DNA of 64,000 nt from Eledone cirrhosa (GCA_964016885.1 OZ024762.1:25234001-25298000); one strand, 5' to 3'. Counted from the stretch's first letter, positions 1 through 13,977 are shown. The notes: a model not told the origin generated them from the letters alone. Numbers and translations: made by a program.

Positions 1-212
1 GCTAGTGTGAGTTTGCTTGCGTGTACGTGCATGTGTGTATAGGTGTGCGTGTGTGTATGTGTGTGTGTATAGGTATGTGTGTGTGTGTGTTGCGTATACA
101 TTTGCATGTATCCATAAGAGATGACTGAAGTTCATTTCCAAGTAATCATACCATACACACTTTGGGAATTAAAAACATGTATATTTATAACATACTATGT
201 ATATATATATAA

Positions 213-271
<59 letters not shown>

Positions 272-425
272 CATACACATACATCTATACATACATATAT
301 ATACATATATACTGATAGCATCCATATATATATATATATATATATACTGATAGATAAACAAAATATACACACGGTTTCAGATATAGCCGCAACGATGTTA
401 TATATACATATATATATATATACAT

Positions 426-483
<58 letters not shown>

Positions 484-800
484 TTATATAAAGATTGATT
501 CCTTCTTCAGTTTCAGCCATTGGTATTTCAGTTGTCCGATTAACTCAGCTATCTTATAAACTGATGTTGTTGTTGTCATCGTTGCTGTTTATCCCTGTTT
601 GGGTGAAATCACTTAATATCCAGTAGCTATCTTATGAAACAGCCCAACTGAAGTCATTTCTCTTCGATTGGGAGCAGATCTATTCTGCCTATTGAAAGAA
701 AAGAAAAGGCTGTCTCCACCCTCGAAGCTCATTCTAGTTTTTTGTGGGGTGAAGCGACTGAAAGTGCAGGACTGGGACATGACACCGGTCCATCATAAGA

Positions 801-994
801 TTAATTAATATCTGTGTAGATTCCAGTTTCCGTGGACTTAGTGTACATGAGAGATGTGGAGGGCGAGAGAGATGGAGGCGATGACAGTGGGAGTTCGGCT
901 TGTCCATGTTCGGACCATATCCTTGTGGTTGTGCTCATTATCCATACCGACAACTTATTCTGATTCCCCCAATCATATTCATCCAGGAAATGAA
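801..994 (-). CDS. Candidate terminal coding exon of an unidentified host gene
   Basis: Non-repetitive sequence. The minus strand has a pyrimidine-rich acceptor (tttattttcctttcAG) followed by one open frame, HFLDEYDWGNQNKLSVWIM...GIYTDIN-TAA; the other two frames close early. No protein family recognised. Confidence 0.25.
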
Positions 995-1641
995 CTGAAA
1001 GGAAAATAAATTTCCTCCAAACACCCACTCTTCCAATTTATTCTTACTTCCAAAGATGACATCAATGAACGCTGCGTTAAATTCTATGAAGGACTGTACG
1101 TCAGCAACTCAGAACAAACAACCGTGATTCGACATCAGATAAGGCTCATCGTAGTAAACTACAAAATAGTTTACCAATTCTCCCATCTTCTAGATAAATA
1201 TCTAGCATGATAAATCTCTATGTTCATCAGCCAATCAAATCTAGATATATTGATGACAAATCATATTTCGATGTGTTGCCAAATAACTTTTTAATTAAAT
1301 ATTTTTAAGCTGCATCCAAAATTTGTTCTTCTGCTTCTACTCATCCATTGCCTCTTCCCCTTTCATCTTCTTCTTCGTCTCATCCACGTCCTCCCCCTTC
1401 CACTCCTCTACCACTTCAGTTGTTGTCATTGTCTCCCTCGAATACACACAGATATACACACACACACATATATATATACACACACACACATATACATATA
1501 GTAATAATTCATATCAGTAGTTATATATGTATACCTATATCTACATACACACACACACACACACATAATCGCCGCCGTTATAGTGTCGCCACTGTCGCCA
1601 TTGAAATATATATCACAGCATTCTTATTAAAAGACTTAAAA

Positions 1642-1829
1642 GGCGGTGGATTGGCAGTATCGGTAGAGGGTCGGATGCCATGCTTTCCAGCATAGTTACG
1701 TCCCTTAACGATCTGAGTTAAAATCCCTCTGAGCTAGACTTTGCCTTTCATCCTTACGAGGTCGATAAAATAAAGTACCAGTAATGCACTGGGTGATTGC
1801 TGGCCTTGTGCCAAAAGTAGAAACAATTA
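1642..1829 (+). mobile_element. tRNA-derived SINE (octopus-type), full length with target-site duplication
   Basis: GGCGGTGGATTGGCAGTATCGGTAG head, B-box-like GAGTTAAAATCC, central CTTTGCCTTTCATCCTTACGAGGTCGATAAAATAAAGTACCAG and tail GGCCTTGTGCCAAAAGTAGAAACAATT. TTATTAAAAGACTT (14 bp) at 1624-1637 and 1830-1843. Five more near-full-length copies in the window. Confidence 0.9.
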
Positions 1830-1872
1830 TTATTAAAAGACTTGAACATCTGAAACTACTTCGCTTTCCCTG

Positions 1873-2034
<162 letters not shown>

Positions 2035-2116
2035 GTGAAAGTTTGGACGGGAAAAAAAAGAGAGGCAGTACAAATAAAAGTTTATTAGTTTCACGCTCTT
2101 GAGAGTGGTGGGGCGA

Positions 2117-2152
<36 letters not shown>

Positions 2153-2424
2153 CTGTGTATATATATATACCTATATATATACACACCTGTGTATATATAA
2201 ATGTGTGTCTGTATATATATATATATATATATATATGGATTTGTGTGTATATATATATATATGATGTATTTCTGTATATATGTATATGTATGTGTATATG
2301 TGTGTGTGTGTATATATATATGTATATATGTATGTGTGTGTGTAATTAAACCAAAAAAGATTATCTCAAAACACAATTATCGATAATTAATGACATTTGT
2401 TTCATCCATTCTTAATTCCATTTA

Positions 2425-2945
2425 TTTTTCTCTCTCTCCCTCTCTTTCCCCCTCTCTCATCGTTCTCTACATCACTCCCTCTCTTTCTCGTTGTCTCTCT
2501 GCCTCTCTCTCTCTTTCTGTATATCGCTCTCTCCCTCTCATTGTATCTCGCTCTTCTTCCCCCTTTCTTTCTCTCTATCGTTCTGCCCTCTCCCTCTATC
2601 TTTCTCTCTAACACTCTCTCTCGTTGTCTCTCTCACTTTCTTCTTCCCCCAGTCTCTCTCTCTTTTTCTCTATCATTTCCCAACCTAAACATCTATCTCT
2701 CTCTTTTTTCTCTCACACAGGTATCTCTCTCTCTCACAGGTCGCTCTCTCTCTATCTTTCTATCTCCCTCTCACTCTATGTCTCTCATTCTCTGTATCCT
2801 CCCTTCTTTCTCTCTCTCAATCCCCTCTCTCTCTCCCACGTCGTTCTCTTTCTATCTATCTATCAACCCCCTCTCTCTCTGTGTCTCTCGTTTTCTATAT
2901 CACACTCTGTACCCATCCTCACACTCTTTATCTCTCTCTCTCTTT
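2425..2945. repeat. Degenerate (CT)n polypyrimidine low-complexity tract
   Basis: CT-rich on the + strand; similar tracts at about 52005-52300 and GA-rich ones at about 53160-53590. Confidence 0.9.
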
Positions 2946-3006
2946 CTATATATATGCACAATGTTATTAAATAAATGGAAACTATATTTATAAAACCATA
3001 TTTACT

Positions 3007-3060
3007 GTATTATATATATTTCAAAGGTACCAAAACTTTGGTACGCCCTCATCAGATAAC
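3007..3060 (-). ncRNA. Type I hammerhead ribozyme motif (family A, PLE terminal repeat fragment)
   Basis: Minus strand: CTGATGA-GGGCGTACCAAA/G/TTTTGGTACCTTT-GAAA-TATATA-TA; short stem I TAT/ATA. Confidence 0.65.
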
Positions 3061-3169
3061 ATAGAAAGTTTGTTTTATAAATATTGACATATCCAGGAAG
3101 AAGATCTTGACGGTTCAAGTTTCTTTTATATATTTGTTGAATTACCAACTACATTAAATATCCCTTTTG

Positions 3170-3241
<72 letters not shown>

Positions 3242-3244
<3 letters not shown>

Positions 3245-3302
3245 CGAAGGAAATGTAGCCGTCGAAACGGCTTGAGCTCAACCGTCGGGGTCTTACTTGT
3301 TC

Positions 3303-3305
<3 letters not shown>
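3242..3305. mobile_element. Minimal 64-bp fold-back PLE insertion (family F) in (TA)n
   Basis: 15 nt antisense to the extreme 3' tail seen at 24972-24986 (TAACGAAGGAAATGT), joined to the hammerhead 3' half AGCCGTCGAAACGGC...GTTCCTA. Confidence 0.7.
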
Positions 3306-3338
<33 letters not shown>

Positions 3339-3433
3339 TCTTTTCTGTACAATACATAGAACACTCTTCTTTATCTACCTTTCCAACGGAAATATTTAAC
3401 ATTTATACATATATATATATATATATTTCTCTC

Positions 3434-3516
<83 letters not shown>

Positions 3517-3562
3517 ACAGGGAGAAAGAGACGATTATTAGGAAGAAAAAAATTTTTTTTTT

Positions 3563-3626
<64 letters not shown>

Positions 3627-3717
3627 GTATATGTCTGTCTCTCTAGCTCCCCCATTCCGACCCTCTTTGCTACCGACCTTCTTTCTATCCCAGTCTCCGG
3701 TTGATAAGATATTTGTG

Positions 3718-3765
3718 TTATTACCATCACTGTTATCATTATCATCAATATCATTATCACTATTA

Positions 3766-3847
<82 letters not shown>

Positions 3848-3851
3848 CATT
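3718..3851. repeat. (TTA/TCA)n microsatellite
   Basis: Direct inspection; source of the poly-Asn, poly-Ile and poly-Leu pseudo-ORFs. Confidence 0.95.
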
Positions 3852-4166
3852 GTGATTACTATTTGCCATTTTAATAATTTACATGATTTTATTTGAAATT
3901 CTTCCTCCAACACAATCTCTCATTTATTATATTGACATTGCGAAAGATCTATAATTATATTTTTCTTAACTCTTGCCAGTTGATACTATATAGGTAACAC
4001 AAGATTCAATTATAATCTATAGATATAATTAGATATGGAACAACAAAAGTGTAAAAACAAAAACTCATCAAAAACGGTTTCTGCATTGCGTTTAAAATTC
4101 TTTTACATGTCATTTTATTTAAAGAAAATCTGGAAAGAAAACGGAATATGTTTATAGGACGAGTGG

Positions 4167-4231
<65 letters not shown>

Positions 4232-4406
4232 CACACACACGTGCACATATTATATATATATACACACATATATATATATATATATATATACGTATATATA
4301 TATACATATGTATAAATATACATAATATATATATAAATGTATATATGTACATATATATATATATGCATACATATATATATATATATAATATATATATATT
4401 ATAATA

Positions 4407-4461
<55 letters not shown>

Positions 4462-4562
4462 GTACGCATACACACACACACACATATATATATATACGTA
4501 TATAAATGTATATATATATATGTACATATATGTATACTTATATATATAAATAGATAAATAAA

Positions 4563-4636
<74 letters not shown>

Positions 4637-4721
4637 ATGTATGTATGTATATACGTATATAAATCAATCAATGAATAAAAAAAATGTATATATATATATA
4701 TATACTTACGTGTATATACAT

Positions 4722-4814
<93 letters not shown>

Positions 4815-5044
4815 ATTAATTCCATTTCACTACCACCTGCATTCCACGGAAAAGGAAATAATAATAAAATGGTGGAATAGTAAAATGCGGATTTTCTTTG
4901 TCATATTTATTTAAATCTCATTCACAAACCCGTAGAAGATTCCACTCTGTCAGACATCTTGTGATACACATTTCACATTTCCTTCCAATTCTATCACAAA
5001 TACTCTCGTATTTTGATCACTAAATAATATTTTCAATACGCTGA

Positions 5045-8000
5045 TGCGTATGTGTATGTGTTCATGTGTATGTGTATGTGTTCTTGTGTATGTGTTCTTG
5101 TGTATGTGTTCATGTGTATGTGTATGTGTTCATGTGTATGTGTTCATGTGTATGTGTTCATGTGTGTGTGTTCATGTGTATGTGTTCATGTGTGTGTGTT
5201 CTTGTGTATGTGTTCATGTGTTTGTGTTCTTGTGTATGTGTTCATGTGTTTGTGTTCTTGTGTATGTGTTCATGTGTTTGTGTTCTTGTGTATGTGTTCA
5301 TGTGTGTGTGTTCATGTGTGTGTGTTCATGTGTATGTGTTCTTGTGTATGTGTTCATGTGTATGTGTTCTTGTGTATGTGTTCATGTGTTTGTGTTCTTG
5401 TGTATGTGTTCATGTGTTTGTGTTCTTGTGTATGTGTTCATGTGTGTGTGTTCATGTGTGTGTGTTCATGTGTATGTGTTCATGTGTATGTGTTCATGTG
5501 TATGTGTTCATGTGTTTGTGTTCTTGTGTATGTGTTCATGTGTTTGTGTTCATGTGTATGTGTTCATGTGTGTGTGTTCATGTGTACGTGTTCATGTGTT
5601 TGTGTTCATGTGTATGTGTTCATGTGTGTGTGTTCATGTGTGTGTGTTCATGTGTATGTGTTCATGTGTATGTGTTCATGTGTATGTGTTCATGTGTTTG
5701 TGTTCATGTGTATGTGTTCATGTGTTTGTGTTCTTGTGTATGTGTTCATGTGTTTGTGTTCTTGTGTATGTGTTCATGTGTATGTGTTCATGCGTATGCG
5801 TATGTGTTCTTGTGTATGTGTTCATGTGTGTGTGTTCATGTGTATGTGTTCATGTGTATGTGTTCATGTGTTTGTGTTCTTGTGTATGTGTTCATGTGTT
5901 TGTGTTCTTGTGTATGTGTTCATGTGTATGTGTTCATGCGCATGCGTATGTGTTCTTGTGTATGTGTTCATGTGTGTGTGTTCATGTGTATGTGTTCATG
6001 TGTATGTGTTCATGTGTTTGTGTTCTTGTGTATGTGTTCATGTGTTTGTGTTCTTGTGTATGTGTTCATGTGTATGTGTCCATGCGTATGCGTATGTGTT
6101 CTTGTGTATGTGTTCATGTGTGTGTGTTCATGTGTATGTGTTCATGTGTGTGTTCATGTGTATGTGTTCATGTGTATGTGTTCATGTGTATGTGTTCATG
6201 TGTATGTGTTCATGTGTATGTGTTCATGTGTTTGTGTTCTTGTGTATGTGTTCATGTGTATGTGTTCATGCGTATGCGTATGTGTTCTTGTGTATGTGTT
6301 CATGTGTGTGTGTTCATGTGTATGTGTTCATGTGTATGTGTTCATGTGTATGTGTGCATGTGTGTGTGTTCATGTGTATGTGTTCATGAGTATGTGTTCC
6401 CGTGTATGTGTTCATGTGTGTGTTCATGTGTATGTGTTCATGTGTATGTGTTCATGTGTATGTGTTCATGTGTATGTGTTCGTGTGTATGTGTTCATGTG
6501 TATGTGTTCGTGTGTATGTGTTCATGTGTATGTGTGTATGTGTGTATGTGTGTATGTGTATGTGTTCATGTGTATGGGTTCATGTATATGTGTTCATGTG
6601 TTTGTGTTCATGTGTATGTGTTCATGTGTATGTGTTCATGTGTATGTGTTCATGTGTTTTTGTTCATGTGTATGTGTTCATGTGTATGTGTTCATGTGTA
6701 TGTGTTCGTGTGTATGTCTTCATGTGTATGTGTGTATGTGTGTATGTGTGTATGTGTATGTGTTCATGTGCATGGGTTCATGTGTATGTGTTCATGTGTT
6801 TGTGTTCATGTGTATGTGTTCATGTGTATGTGTTCATATGTATGTGTGTATGTGTGTATGTGTATGTGTTCATGTGTATGGGTTCATGTGTATGTGTTCA
6901 TGTGTTCGTGTGTATGTGTTCATGTGTATGTGTGTATGTGTATGCGTTCATGTGTTCATGTGTATGTGTTCATGTTTATGTGTTCATGTGTATGTGTTAA
7001 TGTGTATGTGTTCATGTGCATGTGTATGTGTTCATGTGTATGTGTTCATGTGTATGTGTTCATTGTACGTGTTCATGTGTATGTGTTCTTGTGTATGTGT
7101 TCATGTGCATGTGTATGTGTTCATATGTATGTGTTCATTGTACGTGTTCATGTGTATGTGTTCATGTGTATGTGTTCATGTGTATGTGTTCATTGTACGT
7201 GTTCATGTGTATGTGTTCATGTGTATGTGTTCATGTGTATGTGTTCTTGTGTATGTGTTCATGTGCATGTGTATGTGTTCATGTGTATGTGTTCATGTGT
7301 ATGTGTTCATGTGTGTGTTCATTGTACGTGTTCATGTGTATGTGTTCATGTGTATGTGTTCATGTGTATGTGTTCTTGTGTATGTGTTCATGTGTATGTG
7401 TTCATTGTACGTGTTCATGTGTATGTGTTCATATGTATGTGTTCATGTGTATGTGTTCATGTGTATGTGTTCATGTGTATGTGTTCAGGTGTATGTGTAT
7501 GTGTTCATGTGTATGTGTTCATGTGTATGTGTTCATGTGTATGTGTTCATGTGTATGTGTTCATGTGTATGTGTTCATGTTTATGTGTTCATGCGTATGT
7601 GTTCATGTGTATGTGTTCATGTGTATGTGTTCATGTGTATGTGTTCATGTGTATGTGTTCATGTGTATGTGTTCATGTGTATGTGTTCATGTGTATGTGT
7701 TCATGCGTATGTGTTCATGTGTATGTGTTCATGTGTATGTGTTCATGTGTATGTGTTCATGTGTATGTGTTCATGTGTATGTGTTCATGTGTATGTGTTC
7801 ATGTTTATGTGTTCATGCGTATGTGTTCATGTGTATGTGTTCATGTGTATGTGTTCATGTGTATGTGTTCATGTGTATGTGTTCATGTGTATGTGTTCAT
7901 GTGTATGTGTTCATGTGTATGTGTTCATGTGTATGTGTTCATGCGTATGTGTTCATGTGTATGTGTTCATGTGTATGTGTTCATGTGTATGTGTTCATGT

Positions 8001-9685
8001 GTATGTGTTCATGTGTATGTGTTCATGTGTATGTGTTCATGTGTATGTGTTCATGCGTATGTGTTCATGTGTATGTGTTCATGTGTATGTGTTCATGTGT
8101 ATGTGTTCATGTGTATGTGTTCATGTGCATGTGTATGTGTTCATGTGTATGTGTTCATTGTACGTGTTCATGCGTATGTGTTCATATGTATGTGTTCATG
8201 TGTATGTGTTCATGTGTATGTGTTTATGTGTATGTATTCATTGTACGTGTTCATGTGTATGTGTTCATATGTATGTGTTCATGTGTATGTGTATGTGTTC
8301 ATGTGTATGTGTTCATGTGTATGTGTATGTGTTCATGTGTATGTGTTCATGTGTATGTGTATGTGTTCATATGTATGTGTTCATGTGTATGTGTTCATGT
8401 GTATGTGTTTATGTGTATGTATTCATTGTACGTGTTCATGTGTATGTGTTCATATGTATGTGTTCATGTGTATGTGTATGTGTTCATGTGTATGTGTTCA
8501 TGTGTATGTGTATGTGTTCATGTGTATGGGTTCATGTGTATGTGTTCATGTGTATGTGTTCATGTGTATGTGTTCATCTGTATGTGTTCATGTGTATGTG
8601 TTCATGTGTATGTGTATGTGTTCATGTGTATGTGTTCATGTGTATGTGTTCATTGTACGTGTTCATGTGTATGTGTTCATGTGTATGTGTTCATGTGTAT
8701 GTGTATGTGTTCATGTGTATGTGTTCATGTGTATGTGTTCATTGTACGTGTTCATGTGTATGTGTTCATATGTATGTGTTCATGTGTATGTGTTCATGTG
8801 TATGTGTTCTTGTGTATTGTTAATGTGTATGTGTTCATGTGTATGTGTGCATGTGTATGTGTGCATGTGTATGTGTTCATGTGTATGTGTTCATATGTAT
8901 GTGTTCATGTGTATGTGTGCATGTGTATGTCTTCATGTGTTTGTGTATGTCTTCATGTGTATGTTTTCATATGTATGTGTTCATGTGTATGTGTTCATGT
9001 GTATGTGTTCATGTGTATGTGTTCATGTGTATGTGTTCATGTGTATGTGTGTGTTCATGTGTATGTGTTCATGTGTATGTGTTCATGCGTATGTGTGTGT
9101 TCATGTGTATGTGTTCATGTGTATGTGTTCACGTGTATGTGTTCATGTGTATGTGTTCATGTGTATGTGTATGTGTTCATGTGTATGTGTGCATGTGTAT
9201 GTGTATGTTTTCATGTGTATGTGTTCATGTTTGTGTATGTGATCATGTGTTTGTGTATGTGTATGTGGTCATGTTTTAGTGTATGTATGTGTGTTCATGT
9301 GTATGTATTCATGCCTGTGTTAATATGTTCGTGTCTGTGTGTATGTGTTTATGTGTTCGTGTCTGTGTGTCTGTTATTATGTGTTCGTGTCTGTGTGTAT
9401 GTGTTTATGTGTTCGTGTCTGTGTGTATGTGTTTATGTGTTCGTGTCTGTGTGTAGGTGTTTGTGTTCGTGTCTGTGTGTATGTGTTTATGTGTTCGTGT
9501 CTGTGTGTATGTGTTTATGTGTTCGTGTCTGTGTGTATGTGTTTATGTGTTCGTGTCTGTGTGTATGTGTTTATATGTTCGTGTCTGTGTGTATGTGTTT
9601 GTGTTCGTGTATGTGTTTATGTGTTCGTGTCTATGTGTATGTGTTCGTGTCTGTGTGTATGTGTTCGTGTCTGTGTGTATGTGCA
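5045..9685. repeat. 4.6-kb tandem satellite, 14-bp unit CATGTGTATGTGTT, ending in a 28-bp dimeric unit
   Basis: Unit readable throughout, with regional variants (CTTG, GTTT, CATTGTACGT). From about 9325 the unit is ATGTGTTCGTGTCTGTGTGTATGTGTTT (28 bp). Confidence 0.97.
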
Positions 9686-10139
9686 TATGGATACATTTAC
9701 ATGTATGAGTGTACAAATATAAACGTGCAAACACAGACACGCTTACAAACATACATTCAGACATGCACACATACAATTACACCAACACACATACATACAT
9801 TCACACAAATAGATGCAAACACATACATTGACGCAAGCGCATACACACACATGCAACCAGACAGAGCGTAGCCAATGGAACACCAGCCGCTGTTTTACTA
9901 TAGTTTTTCCCCACCCCCTTCTTTCCTTTTACACATATATACATCGACACCAACACTCACACATATACATTGACACAGACACATACATATATACATCGAC
10001 ACAAAGACACACACACAGACATTGTATGACGGACGGAAGTTGCTCAATGTTTATATAGATTATACACACACATGTAGTTAATGTTAGACGCTTTTTTTCT
10101 GTGGATTGTCAGCAGCCCTTCCTTCATCACTCACTTCTA

Positions 10140-10325
10140 TTATGTGACGTCATCACCCTTTTCCACCCTTCATAATCTCTAGTGTGTGACATCATCAACC
10201 CCCGCCTTCCTCAGTCATTTCTCTTATATGACGTCAGCACCCCTTTCCATCCTTCATAATCTCTAGTGTATGACGTCATCATCCCTTCCTTCCACCCTCA
10301 ATCATCTCTAGTGCGTGAATTCATC
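10140..10325. repeat. 42-bp minisatellite carrying TGACGTCA palindromes
   Basis: TGACGTCA at 10145, 10229 and 10271; TGACATCA at 10187; TGAATTCA at 10316. Spacing 42, 42, 42, 45. Confidence 0.85.
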
Positions 10326-10490
10326 CCTCTTTCTTGCTTATTGTGTGACGGACGGACGGACGGATGGAAGTCGCTCGAATTTATGTCGTGAGATTCTTTA
10401 TTTTATATAGGAAAATATTGTCTATTATAACAGTTCGTAATATGAAAAGGTGGTGTCAATGGAAACCGTGGTAATTGTGTGTAGCTATAA

Positions 10491-10680
10491 AAATAATTGT
10501 TTCTACATTTGGCACAAGGCCAGCAAATACCCAGTACATTACTGGTACTTTCTTTTATCGACCCCGTAAGGATGAAAGGCAAAGTTAACCTCGGCGGGAT
10601 TTGAACTCAGAACATAAAGGGACGTAGCTATGCTGGAAAGCATGTCCGAGCCTCTACTGATACTGCCAATTCACCGCCCT
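10491..10680 (-). mobile_element. tRNA-derived SINE copy (tandem pair 1, first)
   Basis: Reverse complement of the 1642 family; B-box GAGTTCAAATCC on the minus strand. Confidence 0.9.
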
Positions 10681-10692
10681 TATAGCTATAAA

Positions 10693-10884
10693 TATAATTG
10701 TCTCTACTTTAGGCACAAGGCCAGCAATTACCCAGTGCATTACTGGTACTTTATTTTATCGACCCCGTAAGGATGAAAGGCAAAGTCAACCTCGGCGGGA
10801 TTTGAACTCAGATCGTAAAGGGACGTAACTATACTGGAAAGCATGGCGTCCGACCCTCTACTGATACTGCCAATCCACCGCCCC
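10693..10884 (-). mobile_element. tRNA-derived SINE copy (tandem pair 1, second)
   Basis: Same family. TGTGTGTAGCTATAAA flanks the pair at 10476-10491 and 10900-10915. Confidence 0.9.
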
Positions 10885-11214
10885 GTATATATGTAGTAAT
10901 GTGTGTAGCTATAAATATAATATGTAGTAATTGTTTTTAAGAATTTCAAAATGGCTGCCTGAAAAAAAACCCTTCAATTTAATGTAATGAGATCTGATAG
11001 TGAAGATATGTTAACAGTTTATTAGAAATGACAATTTATGAGTTACTGTAATGTATATAATATAAAGTGTGAGAGATATTGTACTTTTACACTGGTTAAT
11101 GTAGATCAAACACACACAAACACACATATTCAAACGCACACTTATACACACGGATACTATCGCACACACACTTGTGTGTTTCTATGTATAATATATATAA
11201 ATATATGTATACGT

Positions 11215-11300
<86 letters not shown>

Positions 11301-11343
11301 TATATATATATATACCATATTTACCTTATACACACACACACAC

Positions 11344-11414
<71 letters not shown>

Positions 11415-11580
11415 ATCCGAATAGAGACACTTTGAAACTTTTTAGACCATTACCCAACAGAGTTCTCGATGATTATATGGACACACTACAACCCCGATGA
11501 TACAGTAAATAGTGAAGCCCTTCGGCAATCTGTAACTAGCTTTGGCAACGGCAACAGCTCAGCCGTCGAGTCCCAACATT

Positions 11581-11616
<36 letters not shown>

Positions 11617-11626
<10 letters not shown>

Positions 11627-12176
11627 GTACTTTAGAAAGCCACAACAATGCAGAGGGGAAATCTCGAGGTAGGAAGTGAGTGAGAAATAGGAGAAAAGTG
11701 AAAATTGAGAGAAACGAAAATGAAAACAAAACAAAGGTAGAAGGGTTACCGTAGTGGAGATTTAATCCCAATATTTCGTTATAACGGCATTCCTATGTTT
11801 TAACGACAATACAACTTTCTCCGGCTTAGCCTGTCCCCCCCCCCCTTTTGGAACTTTCCCCCGTTGATGGGCGTAAGCCCGATAACGGCATTCCTATGTT
11901 TTAACGACAATACAACTTTCTCCCGGTTAGCCTGTTCCCCCCCTTTTGGAACTTTCCCCCGTTGATGGGCGTAAGCCCGAAATATTGGGATTAAATCTCC
12001 ACTACGGTAACCCTTCTACCTTTGTTTTGTTTTCATTTTCGTTTCTCTCAATTTTCACTTTTCTCCTATTTCTCACTCACTTCCTACCTCGAGATTTTCC
12101 ATCTGTATTGTTGTGGTTTTCTAAACTACATATTTTACACATTTCACAATGCTTCAAGCAAACTTTAACACCCTCA
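11617..12176. mobile_element. Fold-back non-coding element (PLE terminal-repeat-like) in (TA)n
   Basis: Inverted arms at about 11617-11778 and 11979-12139, a roughly 100-bp direct duplication between them (11781-11881 / 11882-11980), and a roughly 37-nt tail on the right arm only. Confidence 0.75.
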
Positions 12177-12180
12177 TATA

Positions 12181-12276
<96 letters not shown>

Positions 12277-12471
12277 TGTGTGTGTCTACGTTTACCTGCC
12301 GCAATTTTCCATTTGTCACTCTGTCTAAACGTATGTTATTACTCTAATGCCTACAACTTTATCGAGTGCTTTGCTGCACATTCATAATTGTATATCGTTA
12401 GCTTGGCCACAGCCAAAACTTCGATTTTATTAAGCTTCCACTTGTGTATATATATATATATATATTTATAT

Positions 12472-12743
12472 TGAAGGACAAACTGTTTCATATGTAACCC
12501 ATTTGCAACGCCGCAGCTCCATTATTATCATATTTACACATATATTTTTCCCTCTGCTGCTACCCGTCTGTTTCGTTCTTTGTATCTTTACCCTTGCTAG
12601 CAGTCCCTCTCTCTCTCTGTTAGCCTCTTCCTCACCTTTCACTCACTCATTCTCTGTCACTACCTCTCCTCCTCCCCTTTCTTCCCGTTTGACCTGTCCG
12701 TAATTCTTTTCTCGCGCGCTCTTGGCCAAGCCGGTATGAATTT

Positions 12744-12794
<51 letters not shown>

Positions 12795-13190
12795 TGCGAC
12801 TTCACAGAACTTATGTTTACCGAATTCGCAGACCAGACCCCTTCTTCCTCCCCTTAGACCTGTGCGAAATTCCTTCCTTGCTCACATTTCAACCAGGTTT
12901 GATGGTCTTTATTCTCTCGTTCACGATTTCACCGAATTTATATTCATAGAAATCTGGGACTTGTCTCTTTCCTCTCACTTTCTGTTGCTTAAACCATTTT
13001 GTTTGTTTTCCCTAGCGTCCCCTTTATTTACGTGTCCCAACGACTTTTTTTAGCCGTTGCTCGCACCAACCGGAGGTATATGGTCTTTAAAGCGATGAAA
13101 TGCCTATGACGGTTGGAAGGCCACTGATGAAGGACACACTTTTTCATATGTAACCCATTTGCAACGCCGCAGCTCCATTATTATCATATT

Positions 13191-13194
<4 letters not shown>
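12472..13194 (+). mobile_element. Non-coding element with about 66-bp terminal direct repeats (656-bp period) in (TA)n
   Basis: TGAAGGACA...CATATTTACA at 12472-12538 and 13128-13194. The second copy is preceded by CTGA (CTGATGA), but no canonical GAAA follows. Confidence 0.6.
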
Positions 13195-13262
<68 letters not shown>

Positions 13263-13380
13263 CATACACACTTCTGTAATGTACTCAATGTACTCGTTAC
13301 TTTACATTGAGCTATTCTCATACTTGTAATTGGATAATATTTACTATTATCAGCATTTTATATATATATAAATACAATTA

Positions 13381-13411
<31 letters not shown>

Positions 13412-13514
13412 GTGTGTGTGCGTATAAGCCAGGCGCCCTCCCTATATCAAGCGTTAACCTAATGTATACCTTCCATATACTGTACCGATTGTGTTTTTAT
13501 TTCTGTTTATCTTT

Positions 13515-13617
<103 letters not shown>

Positions 13618-13715
13618 ACATATATATATATGAAAGGTAAACAGAAATAACAACACCATCGGTACAGTATATGGAAGGGATATTTAAGGTTAACGCTTGA
13701 TATACCAGGAAGAGG

Positions 13716-13752
13716 GTCTTAAGGTTTCGGACGCTAGTCCTTCATCAGAAGA
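13716..13752 (-). ncRNA. Type I hammerhead motif (family B)
   Basis: Minus strand: TCTT-CTGATGA-A-GGAC-TAGC-GTCC-GAAAC-CTTA-AGA. Degenerate sister at about 23845-23880 (+). Sequence downstream of the motif recurs inverted at 13443-13518. Confidence 0.65.
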
Positions 13753-13831
13753 AAGAATGAGAAATAAGTTAGATTGAAAAAATGTCTTTAGATAAAAATA
13801 ACAGGTGCATTCATATTGACATCTCAGAGAT

Positions 13832-13902
<71 letters not shown>

Positions 13903-13934
13903 AAACGATATATATATATTTAATATAGAAATGG

Positions 13935-13977
13935 CTTCTACAGTACTAGAACTGTTTCATTCGGGAGAAATCATCAG
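13935..13977 (-). ncRNA. Type I hammerhead motif (family C)
   Basis: Minus strand: CTGATGA-T-TTC-TCCC-GAA-T-GAA-ACAGT-tctagt-ACTGT-A. Stem I is disrupted by a local inversion. Degenerate sister at about 38890-38930 (+). Confidence 0.6.

Noticed and set aside
5044-9871. ORFs of 445-1259 aa rich in Cys, Val and Met
   Set aside because: Translations of a stop-free 14-bp satellite, open in all three + frames with the same peptide.
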